DNA of 64,000 nucleotides from a phage. Positions within the stretch are counted from its first letter, which is position 1; each line of letters begins with the position of its first letter. Position numbers and translations under genes: made by a program. The notes beneath the pieces are model-generated. The model made no database searches. It was not told the origin of the DNA and worked only from the letters and a program-made list of their open reading frames with translations. The stretch is taken from assembly GCA_014686905.1 (NCBI GenBank), contig GCA_014686905.1_4093.1; one strand, 5' to 3'. Shown piece after piece: positions 28,151-36,532 of this stretch.

Positions 28151-28417
28151 ATGAATATTAAGTATTTTGCGACGCGTGAACAAGCTCGGATCGCCGCACG
28201 CCAGGACGGGGCAACGTTTAAAGATATGGGAGCGGGATCGGCAAGTGGTGAACGTTGGGCCATTGTAAAGCGTAGTACGGCCAGATCATTACAGTACTGG
28301 TTAGCGGCCTTAAAAAGTCCCGATAGTGTATCGCGTCGAGTGGTAGAAATAAAGCTCGACCGAAAGGGCAACCGCGTGACCGTGTACCGTACTAAAAAGA
28401 TTGCAGTACTTGAATAA
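28151..28417 (+). CDS. hypothetical early protein; paralog of 39568-39963
   Basis: MNIKYFATREQARIAARQDGATFKDMG...DRKGNRVTVYRTKK parallels MITKFYATREAARIVAREEGAAFKDMG...DRKGNRVTVYSKRR. Confidence 0.6.
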   Translation: MNIKYFATREQARIAARQDGATFKDMGAGSASGERWAIVKRSTARSLQYWLAALKSPDSVSRRVVEIKLDRKGNRVTVYRTKKIAVLE

Positions 28418-28504
28418 AAAGTACTTGCAAACTATGTTTAAAGGCGTATAATGTTTTACATCGAGAGCGGGAACTCTTCCCGCCTATAACCTGGAGTAAT
28501 AAAA

Positions 28505-28735
28505 ATGACTAATATGTATATGACTGAAGTTAAAACCGTAAAAGATACTACCACGAATAAAACTACTTACTTACAGCGGATCTGTGGTGTATGGCAACGT
28601 ATCAGCAAATCAAAGTACTTTAAATTAACATCATATGCAAACCGTTCTGATTCATTCAGTACTGAAATAAAAGGTAATAAAGTACACCAATACGGCACTT
28701 ATTATTATTACAGCCTGGACGCGATTGCAGTATAA
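28505..28735 (+). CDS. hypothetical early protein
   Basis: Promoter plus leader hairpin GCGGGAACTCTTCCCGCC upstream; SD GGAG. Confidence 0.55.
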   Translation: MTNMYMTEVKTVKDTTTNKTTYLQRICGVWQRISKSKYFKLTSYANRSDSFSTEIKGNKVHQYGTYYYYSLDAIAV

Positions 28736-28984
28736 GCAGTTTACAAATCTTTACAATTGCCGGTATTGACTTATTTTGTCAGTACTGGCATAATGTATTC
28801 ATTGGCAGATAAGCCGTAGCCCATAGGGTGCGGGAGTGTATCTATAGAAAAATTAGTTTAGTATAGTTACAATTGTGCACCCGGTGGGTTAGCTGTTGTC
28901 ATGGGGTATATTATGCCAGTACTTGATAATGCTGTCAATACTTTTTTTTACTATCCAGTACAGAAAACTATTTTTAAAAAGTAC

Positions 28985-29012
28985 TTGCAAACTATGTTTA
29001 AAGGCGTATAAT
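28985..29012 (+). promoter_or_regulatory. early-type promoter upstream of structured leader element
   Basis: TTGCAA, 16-bp spacer, TATAAT. Confidence 0.55.
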
Positions 29013-29018
29013 GTTTTA

Positions 29019-29096
29019 CATCAGGACGGGGAACGAAATAAGTAACTTCCCGTTAAGTAGCCCAGGAGTAAGGCACACGAAAAACTCCCCTGATAA
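29019..29096 (+). ncRNA. candidate small structured RNA / leader element between tandem promoters (copy 1)
   Basis: About 78 nt starting CAGGACGGGGAACG..., internal complementarity ACGGGGAA/TTCCCGT; near-identical copy at 38373-38450; no ORF. Confidence 0.3.
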
Positions 29097-29162
29097 AATA
29101 GTTTGACAAATGTTTTTAAAAGCGTATAATACTTACATCAACTACTGAATGAGGGTTATAAA

Positions 29163-29774
29163 ATGAAAACTATCACTACTACTACTTTCGTTATGGATTT
29201 TTCTGAATTGAACGCAGAACAAAAAACGTCAGCTATCGAACTGGTTCGGGAACGTGAAAAAAACTCAAACGACAATTATTTTTCTGAAAGTGAAATTGAA
29301 TACTATAAAGAAACAGTACTACCGGAATATGGCATTAATGACGCTGAAATACAATTCAGTGGTTTTTGGTCCCAGGGTGACGGTGCATCAATCAGTACTG
29401 ACCACGTTGACGCAGTGAAGTTTTTACGCAAGGTTAGAGCGTTAACTAAGTATCGCTCAATCCGTCACCTGCTGAATGAAGATGATTTGGCGATGAGTGT
29501 AAAGCGTTCTCACTCCCACTACTCGCATGAGAATACTGTAAGCGGGTACATTGAATCGGCTTACACTGATTTAACCGCAAAACAAGAAACGTTAGTTAAT
29601 GAGCTTGAGGAACTACTCACTGATACTATTCGTGAATTGTCCCGTAAGTTGTACCGTGATTTAGAGAATGCATATGAGGATCAATTCACTACTGAAAACA
29701 TTACGGCACTGATTGAGGGTAACGAATATCAATTCAATGTTATTGATGGCGTAGTAGAATCAATCGAATATTAA
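29163..29774 (+). CDS. hypothetical acidic protein
   Basis: 203-aa ORF; SD GAGGG; second promoter TTGACA...TATAAT at about 29103-29130. Confidence 0.65.
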   Translation: MKTITTTTFVMDFSELNAEQKTSAIELVREREKNSNDNYFSESEIEYYKETVLPEYGINDAEIQFSGFWSQGDGASISTDHVDAVKFLRKVRALTKYRSIRHLLNEDDLAMSVKRSHSHYSHENTVSGYIESAYTDLTAKQETLVNELEELLTDTIRELSRKLYRDLENAYEDQFTTENITALIEGNEYQFNVIDGVVESIEY

Positions 29775-29866
29775 TTCAAAAAGTACTGGACACTAAGCAA
29801 TAAAGGCGTATAATACTTTATATCGAGAGCGGGAATAGTTCCCGCTACTAATGAGGAATACTACAA

Positions 29867-30031
29867 ATGAATACTTTTACCTTCGCTCAATTGAACGCCC
29901 TGGATGTATTGTCTGATGCTTTGCGGGATGCAACTGAAAGCGGTTTATTTGACAATGTTGACATTCACCCTGATGTAATTAATAATTTTTGTGATGCTAT
30001 CGCAGAAGTACTGGAAGATCTAAAAAAATAA
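29867..30031 (+). CDS. hypothetical small protein (54 aa)
   Basis: Promoter plus leader hairpin GCGGGAATAGTTCCCGC then SD GAGGAA; hand-translated. Confidence 0.45.
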   Translation: MNTFTFAQLNALDVLSDALRDATESGLFDNVDIHPDVINNFCDAIAEVLEDLKK

Positions 30032-30119
30032 TAGAAAGTACTTGCAATTAGTTTTTAGTACTGTATAATAGTTTACATAGAGGGGAGAAATGGTTCTCCC
30101 TGGTAATGAGGAAAATAAA

Positions 30120-30341
30120 ATGGCTAATATCACTACTCTTTCTCAACTGGAAGCACTGGTTAAATCTATGCGGGAACATGCAGACAATATCGGCGTAAAA
30201 GATCCAGCCGTTTGCTTCTGCGACGAAATGAATGATGATACACTGGTAATAGCAGAAGTACAAGATATTTCTAACTATTCATCGCGTTACACTGGCGGCG
30301 TAGCAAATAAAGGTGACTTCTGTTTATACCTTACCAAATAA
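30120..30341 (+). CDS. hypothetical early protein
   Basis: Start moved to MANITTLSQ after SD GAGGAA; leader hairpin upstream. Confidence 0.55.
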   Translation: MANITTLSQLEALVKSMREHADNIGVKDPAVCFCDEMNDDTLVIAEVQDISNYSSRYTGGVANKGDFCLYLTK

Positions 30342-30346
30342 CAACG

Positions 30347-30376
30347 CGGGGAGATAATAACTCCCCGTTACTTTTT
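30347..30376 (+). terminator. intrinsic terminator-like hairpin
   Basis: CGGGGAG-ATAATAA-CTCCCCG followed by T-rich tract. Confidence 0.5.
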
Positions 30377-30585
30377 CAGTACTGAATCATTTAATAGACG
30401 GATCTCGGCACCCTGTGGGTTAGTGACTGTATCGTCTTTATGTAGTAATTATGCCAGTACTGGATGCAGTTGTCAACAATTATTTTTCAAATACTTTTTA
30501 TTAAAATACTTGCTATTAGTTTTTAAACGCGTATAATGTTTTGCATAGGGGGAGCGGTTCCCCCTGGTAACTAAGGAATAAGAAA

Positions 30586-30819
30586 ATGCTTGAACAAATC
30601 AAATCAACGTCTGCTAATGTAACGGGAACGGTATCACACTTTATTGGTGATGAATCGCGGGGCGTTCCCTATTGTGCTGTACATGTAAACACTGAGGGTA
30701 ACTACTGGTTTACGGTTTACGGATCATATTCATTTGGACGGCCAGGGCATCAAAAAATTCTGGATAAAGTACAACCAACGGGTAAAAATATCACTGCCGA
30801 AATGTTTTATAAAAACTAA
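30586..30819 (+). CDS. hypothetical early protein
   Basis: Promoter, leader hairpin GGGGGAGCGGTTCCCCC, SD AAGGAA. Confidence 0.6.
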   Translation: MLEQIKSTSANVTGTVSHFIGDESRGVPYCAVHVNTEGNYWFTVYGSYSFGRPGHQKILDKVQPTGKNITAEMFYKN

Positions 30820-30906
30820 TAAAATACTTGATAATAGTTTTTAGTACTGTATAATATTTTACATAGCACGGGGGAGCGGTTCCCCCTGGTAACTAAGGAT
30901 AATCAA

Positions 30907-31206
30907 ATGAAAATTGCAATCATCGCCCTGGCTTTATCTGTTTCCTCTTTCTCTGTTAATGCGTCGTTAGATGTACCTAGTGAAAAATTCATTCAGTGCA
31001 CCGTAGCGATGACCGATGAAAGTACTGGCGAGATTGTTTTAAAGGATTTAGAGATCCAGCCAGAAGCATTTAAAAACGGCCCGTTCCATGAAGAAGACGA
31101 AAACGGTAGCACAACAATTTATTATGATGCAAGTACTAAACGCGGTTCGGTCACTGTAATGGATACAGAGAAAGTAACACACACAGGAGTAATTAACTGT
31201 TTATAA
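30907..31206 (+). CDS. secreted/periplasmic small protein (signal peptide)
   Basis: N-terminus MKIAIIALALSVSSFSVNA-SLD has n/h/c regions and AxA-like cleavage site. Confidence 0.6.
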   Translation: MKIAIIALALSVSSFSVNASLDVPSEKFIQCTVAMTDESTGEIVLKDLEIQPEAFKNGPFHEEDENGSTTIYYDASTKRGSVTVMDTEKVTHTGVINCL

Positions 31207-31212
31207 ATCACT

Positions 31213-31240
31213 AGCCCACTCATACAGTGGGCTTTTTTAT
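31213..31240 (+). terminator. intrinsic terminator
   Basis: AGCCCACT-CATAC-AGTGGGCT followed by TTTTTT. Confidence 0.7.
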
Positions 31241-31434
31241 TTTTGTAGTACTGCATACTTTGAAAATAGTTTTAAGAAAGTAGTTGACATTACCGCAGAA
31301 AAGCGTAGAATGTATTACATCAAGACGGGGAGCACTAAGTAGACCGCCAGTAAGTCGAACGAAAAACTGGACACGTCGAGAAAACTTTGATACACTATCT
31401 AACGTAAACTAAACTTTAATTGAGGAATTATATA

Positions 31435-31917
31435 ATGGCTAATGTAAAATCATTCATCAAAGCACTGGTAGCAAATGAAACTAACGTAGCGGCAGAGATC
31501 CTGGCAGAACTGGATAACGATACCATGAAAGCAGTACGCAACAATTTTAACATTGCGTACAGTGAAGCTAAAGAACTGCAAGCCAAAAAGGTAGCAGAAC
31601 TGGAAGAACAGAAAAAAGCCCGTGAAGCAGAACTACAAGCAACAATTGAAAGTATCCAGTCGGCGGTGTCTGGATTGGATCTGGAAGTGGTTGTTGAAAT
31701 GGCACATAAAGCCCTGGCGGTTAAGTACGGTGAAGATAAGCCGGAATCTAAGCCTAAAAAATGGATTCAGGAACGCGTAGCGGTAGTACTTGATAACGGT
31801 GAAGAACATTTGATTCCTGTACGCGGTAACTGCATTGCGGTAGTACTGGACGCTATCAAAGAAAGCGGTATGACTCGCGAGGAATGGATCGAAGCTCATC
31901 GCAAAGTTGAAGCATAA
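31435..31917 (+). CDS. hypothetical protein (Lys/Glu/Ala-rich, probably helical)
   Basis: Start moved to MANVKSF after SD GAGGAA; long 5' leader. Confidence 0.6.
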   Translation: MANVKSFIKALVANETNVAAEILAELDNDTMKAVRNNFNIAYSEAKELQAKKVAELEEQKKAREAELQATIESIQSAVSGLDLEVVVEMAHKALAVKYGEDKPESKPKKWIQERVAVVLDNGEEHLIPVRGNCIAVVLDAIKESGMTREEWIEAHRKVEA

Positions 31918-31937
31918 CAATTAAAGTACTGAATCAA

Positions 31938-31966
31938 TAGCCCACCTTAAACAGTGGGCTTTTTTG
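31938..31966 (+). terminator. intrinsic terminator
   Basis: AGCCCACC-TTAAA-CAGTGGGCT followed by TTTTTT. Confidence 0.65.
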
Positions 31967-32201
31967 TGTCTATAGTATTCCAGTCCACTAGCACCGCCTA
32001 GAATCGATTCTAACGCATTAAACTGATTATCTGATACATCGCCCTAGCTGGTGGCGTTAAGGTCGTTAGAAAGCGATTGAGAGTGTTTAAAGTATTTTGC
32101 AAAAAGTAATAAAAAGTACTTGCATGATTAAGAGATTAGCGTATAATGTTTTACATCGAAAGGGGAAACGGTTCTCCTTCCAAATCAAAGGAATCAAAAC
32201 A

Positions 32202-32429
32202 ATGGCTATTATCATTACTCGCGTATCTGGTACTACTGGCAATTCTTCTACTGTTGCAGTCATTACTAACAAGGCAGGTGCGGAATTGCAAAATGCAATG
32301 AATACCTGGGCCGTTAATGAGTTCGGTCAGTGGGCAAGTGTAGCATACATTGAAACCTATCAAGTGCCGACCATTAGTTTAACGGATCTTGGTGTGGAAC
32401 GTATCCTTTGCTTGGATGAATTAAATTAA
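32202..32429 (+). CDS. hypothetical early protein
   Basis: Start moved to MAIIITRVSG after SD AAGGAA; promoter plus leader hairpin upstream. Confidence 0.55.
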   Translation: MAIIITRVSGTTGNSSTVAVITNKAGAELQNAMNTWAVNEFGQWASVAYIETYQVPTISLTDLGVERILCLDELN

Positions 32430-32514
32430 AAAAGTACTTGCAAAGTAAATCGAATAAAGTATAATACATTACATCAAGGGGAGAAATGATTCTCCCCACT
32501 ACAAGGAAACTAAT

Positions 32515-32658
32515 ATGAAAACTTGTCAATGTGGTAAAAAATCTATTACTGGTTTAAAGCGGGGCGTTGCTCTTTGCCAGTACCATTATAATTTACAAGT
32601 ATGGGGTAAAGAATGGGCCGACCAGGTGGAAGCAATTAAGAAAGCAAAAAGTAAGTAA
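32515..32658 (+). CDS. small Cys-containing protein (47 aa)
   Basis: Promoter plus leader hairpin GGGGAGAAATGATTCTCCCC; SD AAGGAA; hand-translated. Confidence 0.4.
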   Translation: MKTCQCGKKSITGLKRGVALCQYHYNLQVWGKEWADQVEAIKKAKSK

Positions 32659-32670
32659 AAATATTATCAC

Positions 32671-32708
32671 AGTACTATTGACATAGTTTGATAGTACTGG
32701 CATAATAG
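32671..32708 (+). promoter_or_regulatory. promoter module class 2 with flanking inverted repeat (AGTACTAT-TGACATAGTTTG-ATAGTACT, CATAAT), copy 1 of 3
   Basis: TTGACA, 17-bp spacer, CATAAT; near-identical modules at 35408-35446 and 43114-43150. Confidence 0.55.
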
Positions 32709-32747
32709 ATTTTATCAAGACAACATATTAATTTAAGGAATACTAAA

Positions 32748-33071
32748 ATGGCTAAAACTATCATTAACACCGTTTCCCTGGCTGCAATCCGTGCAATCAA
32801 TGTTGACGGTAAACGTTGGACTGATTCATATGGCAATACTTATCATTCTTGTCATGTAAGCGTCGAACTGGATAACGGTTTGAATGTTCTGGCGGTTGAA
32901 TCATTTACTTATGGCTATGAAGATGCATATCAACAAACGGCGTTAGATCTATTAAAGGAATCAGTAGACGGGCTTAATACTGATGAAACCTCCCTTACTC
33001 GTTTGTGCAATGATCTTAATATCCCGTTGCATTGTACTGTACAGAATGTTAAACGCAAAAAAGATCTTTAA
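32748..33071 (+). CDS. hypothetical protein; paralog of 39149-39472
   Basis: Shared motifs RWTDSxGNTYHSC, TFTYGY, VKRKKD. Confidence 0.65.
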   Translation: MAKTIINTVSLAAIRAINVDGKRWTDSYGNTYHSCHVSVELDNGLNVLAVESFTYGYEDAYQQTALDLLKESVDGLNTDETSLTRLCNDLNIPLHCTVQNVKRKKDL

Positions 33072-33151
33072 TTAGCTTTACTTTATGCAGATACTTTGAT
33101 ATAGTGTCTGCATAGGGGAAAGAAATTAAATTAACTTAAGAGGATCGTATA

Positions 33152-33421
33152 ATGAAAAATATCAGTACTTTAATCGATGCAGGTACACATGTTCGGCGGT
33201 CTATGGTTGCAACCAGTACTACAAAACAAGTAGCGAGCGGTTATCTTGTATTTGTGCACGATGGTAAACTCCTGGAACGTTCAATCAATTTTGATGTTAA
33301 AAACAATTGCCGTTTTATTATCTTTAAGCGTGAACAATATAAAATTGATTTACCAGCAAAGCCCATTAGCGGGGCGTACAACGTGCAATCATTGTTTGAG
33401 CGTCAACCTTACACCTATTAA
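33152..33421 (+). CDS. hypothetical early protein
   Basis: SD AAGAGGA upstream. Confidence 0.55.
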   Translation: MKNISTLIDAGTHVRRSMVATSTTKQVASGYLVFVHDGKLLERSINFDVKNNCRFIIFKREQYKIDLPAKPISGAYNVQSLFERQPYTY

Positions 33422-33472
33422 TCAAAACATCGTTAGCGGTCGATTTAGGCCGCTTGTATTGGGGATTATACC

Positions 33473-33643
33473 ATGAACGTTAATCAAGTACTGAATGAGA
33501 TCGAAAGCATCATTAAACCAATGAAACGCATTGATGCTATGTTAACACCGGAAGAATGCCGCCTTTATGAGCGTTACAGTGTGGAACAAGCCCAGGAAAT
33601 GGCCCGTATCCGTCCGGTTGCCAGTACTGATAAGGCGGCGTAA
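33473..33643 (+). CDS. hypothetical small protein (56 aa)
   Basis: Hand-translated; stop overlaps next start (TAATATG). Confidence 0.45.
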   Translation: MNVNQVLNEIESIIKPMKRIDAMLTPEECRLYERYSVEQAQEMARIRPVASTDKAA

Positions 33644-33644
33644 T

Positions 33645-33854
33645 ATGCTTACTGTACAGGATAAGATCGACATCTTAAAGGTTAATATGTATGTGATTGA
33701 TGCCGTACCTGGTAAAGTATTTGCATACGATGATTCTAATCGCAGTCCGTTTTATTGCAGTCATGTAGTTGGATACGTGCCGTTGGCGTATGTTATAGAA
33801 AGAGTGGTTGATGCAGCATACAAACATTTTTTAGAAAATAATACTTGCAATTAG
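33645..33854 (+). CDS. hypothetical small protein
   Basis: Start moved to MLTVQDKIDIL; translationally coupled to upstream ORF. Confidence 0.5.
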   Translation: MLTVQDKIDILKVNMYVIDAVPGKVFAYDDSNRSPFYCSHVVGYVPLAYVIERVVDAAYKHFLENNTCN

Positions 33855-33924
33855 TTTTCAGTACTGTATAATGATTTACATCGAGAGCGGGAATAGTTCC
33901 CGCCTCACTTTTAAGGAATATGAA

Positions 33925-34071
33925 ATGAAAGCATCAAAAAAGAGTAATACTAAGAAAGCATGTTCACCTTTCGCTGGGGTATTCCCTTTACGTTTCGTTG
34001 ATGAAGTGGTTTCCTACCCGCCTGGCCTTACTCCTGAGATGGTAGAAAGTTTGCGTAAATCTAAAAAATAG
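33925..34071 (+). CDS. hypothetical small basic protein (48 aa)
   Basis: Start moved to MKASKKSN after leader hairpin and SD AAGGAA. Confidence 0.45.
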   Translation: MKASKKSNTKKACSPFAGVFPLRFVDEVVSYPPGLTPEMVESLRKSKK

Positions 34072-34152
34072 TACTTGCAATTAGTTTTTAAACGCGTATA
34101 ATGTTTTACATGAAGGGGAGAAATGATTCTCCCCAATAACAGGAGAAACAAA

Positions 34153-34305
34153 ATGAAACAATATAATGCTCGGTTTGATGTTACTATCGGTAACGGCAAA
34201 GGTCAATTCTCTTTCAGTACTCGCAAAAGTTATACAGAAAACTTCCTGCGTAATTGTGCACTGACCGCCGCTCAAATTAAACATTATTTTCAGGCTAAAA
34301 AATGA
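34153..34305 (+). CDS. hypothetical small protein (50 aa)
   Basis: Start moved to MKQYNARFD after SD AGGAGA; leader hairpin upstream. Confidence 0.45.
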   Translation: MKQYNARFDVTIGNGKGQFSFSTRKSYTENFLRNCALTAAQIKHYFQAKK

Positions 34306-34391
34306 AATCATTTGCTTACTATAGTTCTGCGGTGATCGGTGCATTGATCGCGGCGTTGTTAGTAACCTATCTATTCTTTATGGTGATTTAA
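34302..34391 (+). CDS. tiny membrane peptide (29 aa)
   Basis: ATGA overlap with upstream stop; single hydrophobic helix. Confidence 0.35.
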   Translation: MKSFAYYSSAVIGALIAALLVTYLFFMVI

Positions 34392-34535
34392 ATGAATCCA
34401 ACAGGCTTAAATTATAAAAGTTGTTCGGCGTTTACGAAAGCAAATAAAGCGAATGCACGTAAAGCGAAAGTACAGGAGTACATCAAGCAAGGCATGACGC
34501 GAAAGGCGGCGATTCTAAAAGCTAAAAATAAATGA
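34392..34535 (+). CDS. small basic protein (47 aa)
   Basis: Abuts previous stop; Lys/Ala-rich. Confidence 0.4.
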   Translation: MNPTGLNYKSCSAFTKANKANARKAKVQEYIKQGMTRKAAILKAKNK

Positions 34536-34537
34536 AA

Positions 34538-34575
34538 AAAGTGGTTGACTCCGGTCAGCCATTTTGCTATTATAT
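34538..34575 (+). terminator. composite hairpin terminator plus promoter (TGGTTGAC-TCCG-GTCAGCCA, TTTTGC, TATTAT)
   Basis: Same architecture as 1157-1204; recurs at 38211, 41480, 43738. Confidence 0.55.
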
Positions 34576-34599
34576 ATTCATTGAGAGATAGCTCACTAG

Positions 34600-34624
34600 C
34601 CCACAGGGTGCATAAGTGTATCTA
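34600..34624 (+). promoter_or_regulatory. conserved intergenic motif CCCACAGGGTGCATAAGTGTATCT
   Basis: Near-identical motif at 38269-38292, 41542-41565, 43797-43820; related copies near 36270 and 28810; reverse-orientation core near 30410 and 26727. Confidence 0.5.
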
Positions 34625-34745
34625 TTATATAAGTATTGAGTACTGAAAACTATTTTTAAAAAGTACTTGCAAACTATCTCAATAAGCGTATAATGTTTTA
34701 CATCGAAAGGGGAAACGGTTTCCCCTGGTAATAAGGAAACAAATC

Positions 34746-35087
34746 ATGACTATCTCAATTGCTCAATCTAACTTTGAAAATGAAATCATCGCCCAGGCAC
34801 TGCGTTTAAATGATGGTCGGGCCGAAATTAATTACGGTTTCAATTCAGGCGGTTGCGAAAACTATCAGTACTTTGTAACGGCTGATGGCGGTGTCCTGGG
34901 TATCAATACAGTTATTGTAAACATCCAAAAAATTAATTTCAATGATCCAGACGATAGCCAGTTTTACATCACTGGCGTAGACGTGAACTATGAGGATGAC
35001 TCACTAACTGATGATCACACTGGCGAGCGGTTAGAAAGTGCATACGGTGAAGATGATTATCAGTCCGGTCCAGAAGATTTCGAATAA
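34746..35087 (+). CDS. hypothetical acidic protein
   Basis: Promoter plus leader hairpin AGGGGAAACGGTTTCCCCT; SD AAGGAAAC. Confidence 0.6.
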   Translation: MTISIAQSNFENEIIAQALRLNDGRAEINYGFNSGGCENYQYFVTADGGVLGINTVIVNIQKINFNDPDDSQFYITGVDVNYEDDSLTDDHTGERLESAYGEDDYQSGPEDFE

Positions 35088-35182
35088 TATAAAAAATAGT
35101 TTGACAATAGATTATAGTACTGTATAATAGTTTACATCAAGGGGAGAAAAACTTCTCCCCACTAACAGAGAGAGAAAACAAA

Positions 35183-35395
35183 ATGGCTAATATCCGGTCG
35201 AAATTAAAAAATGCAAAACAAGTTTTATTTTCAGATCATGAATACTTTAATAAAGATATTACAGGAGTTACAAGTATCAAGGAAGTAAAAGAAAAAACCG
35301 GCGTTTTGTGTGATGTGCGATTAGTTGGAACATTTGGGAATAACGTGCTATATCGCTGCGGTGATTACAATTTTACACTGACTATCATTAACTAA
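35183..35395 (+). CDS. hypothetical early protein
   Basis: TTGACA promoter, leader hairpin GGGGAGAAAAACTTCTCCCC, SD AGAGAGAGAA. Confidence 0.55.
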   Translation: MANIRSKLKNAKQVLFSDHEYFNKDITGVTSIKEVKEKTGVLCDVRLVGTFGNNVLYRCGDYNFTLTIIN

Positions 35396-35407
35396 AAATA
35401 TTATCAC

Positions 35408-35446
35408 AGTACTATTGACATAGTTTGATAGTACTGACATAATAAC
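35408..35446 (+). promoter_or_regulatory. promoter module class 2 with flanking inverted repeat, copy 2 of 3
   Basis: AGTACTATTGACATAGTTTGATAGTACTGACATAATAAC. Confidence 0.55.
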
Positions 35447-35478
35447 TTTTATCAACTACACTACTAAGGAATTAAAAA

Positions 35479-35658
35479 ATGGCTATCATCGCAAAAACTG
35501 AAATCGTTGGTCTGGATTCTATCATCATGACGTTTGAAGATCAAAAAGGTATGTATGTAGTTTCCTATGGTGATTATGTTCGGGAGTATGAAACGGTAGA
35601 CGAAGCCTTTGAAAGTTATATTCGCCAGGTGAATAAAGCATACGATGACTACCGCTAA
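35479..35658 (+). CDS. hypothetical small protein (59 aa)
   Basis: SD AAGGAA; hand-translated MAIIAKTEIVGLDS... Confidence 0.45.
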   Translation: MAIIAKTEIVGLDSIIMTFEDQKGMYVVSYGDYVREYETVDEAFESYIRQVNKAYDDYR

Positions 35659-35757
35659 AATATATTACCAGTACTATTAAATCTATTGACAACGTTTGAT
35701 AGTACTGTATAATAAGTTTTATAAACAGTAGTTAACTTAACCTAAGAGAGAAACAAA

Positions 35758-35901
35758 ATGATCGCACTGGATTCATTCATCGACGCAGTACTGGCAAAAA
35801 CTGGCGAGGATCTGACCGCAGAACAATACGCGATGATCGAGCAATGTCAGCAAAACGGTAAATCGGTGAAAGATACTGTTAAGATTATCCGCAAGATGTA
35901 A
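35758..35901 (+). CDS. hypothetical small protein (47 aa)
   Basis: SD AAGAGAGAAAC; followed by hairpin. Confidence 0.45.
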   Translation: MIALDSFIDAVLAKTGEDLTAEQYAMIEQCQQNGKSVKDTVKIIRKM

Positions 35902-35907
35902 TATTAT

Positions 35908-35936
35908 AGCCCACTGGTTAACGCTGGTGGGCTTTA
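35908..35936 (+). terminator. terminator-like hairpin
   Basis: AGCCCAC-TGGTTAACGCTG-GTGGGCT, weak T tract. Confidence 0.45.
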
Positions 35937-36006
35937 ATCATTTACCCTATACAATGCCAGTACTAAACCGTTTATCTCATTAGAATGCGTTACAGGACGT
36001 TTAACA

Positions 36007-36204
36007 ATGATTAGCATGAAATCAGTACAAAAACAAATAGAAACATTATCAAAAATTAAACGTAAACAATACTCCTTAGAATATACAATCAATGGTAACT
36101 ATCATCTAATGAAAGAAAATAATTTTATAGTCATTGATGAATCATTGCAAATCATTAGTATAGTACTGAAAGCATTAATCAATGACAGAAAAAAATTAAA
36201 ATAA
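36007..36204 (+). CDS. hypothetical small protein
   Basis: 65-aa ORF; weak SD. Confidence 0.45.
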   Translation: MISMKSVQKQIETLSKIKRKQYSLEYTINGNYHLMKENNFIVIDESLQIISIVLKALINDRKKLK

Positions 36205-36295
36205 TTGTTGACATACAATGCCAGTACTGGCATAATACTTACATCAAGACGAGAACGTCACCAACCCATAGGGTGCACAAATGTAACTATATAAT

Positions 36296-36375
36296 ATCGA
36301 TCAATAAATGATCAAAAAAGTACTGGATCAATTTAGCATAAGGCGTATAATTCTGATCAATTCTTGATCAAAGGC
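36296..36375. repeat. cluster of five GATCAA (three as TGATCAA) repeats within 73 bp, overlapping a TATAAT box
   Basis: GATCAA at 36299, 36310, 36326, 36355, 36366. Confidence 0.55.
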
Positions 36376-36532
36376 AATAAACGTAGTTGAAATTATATAG
36401 AAAGTACAAAGGCGTTACCATTCGTGGTAATGCTGGGGAATATGTAGTATCATACGGTTTGAATAAAATCAGTACTAGTAGTATAATCGTAGCATTGCAG
36501 TACTATAGTATTTTTATAATGAGGTTAAAATA

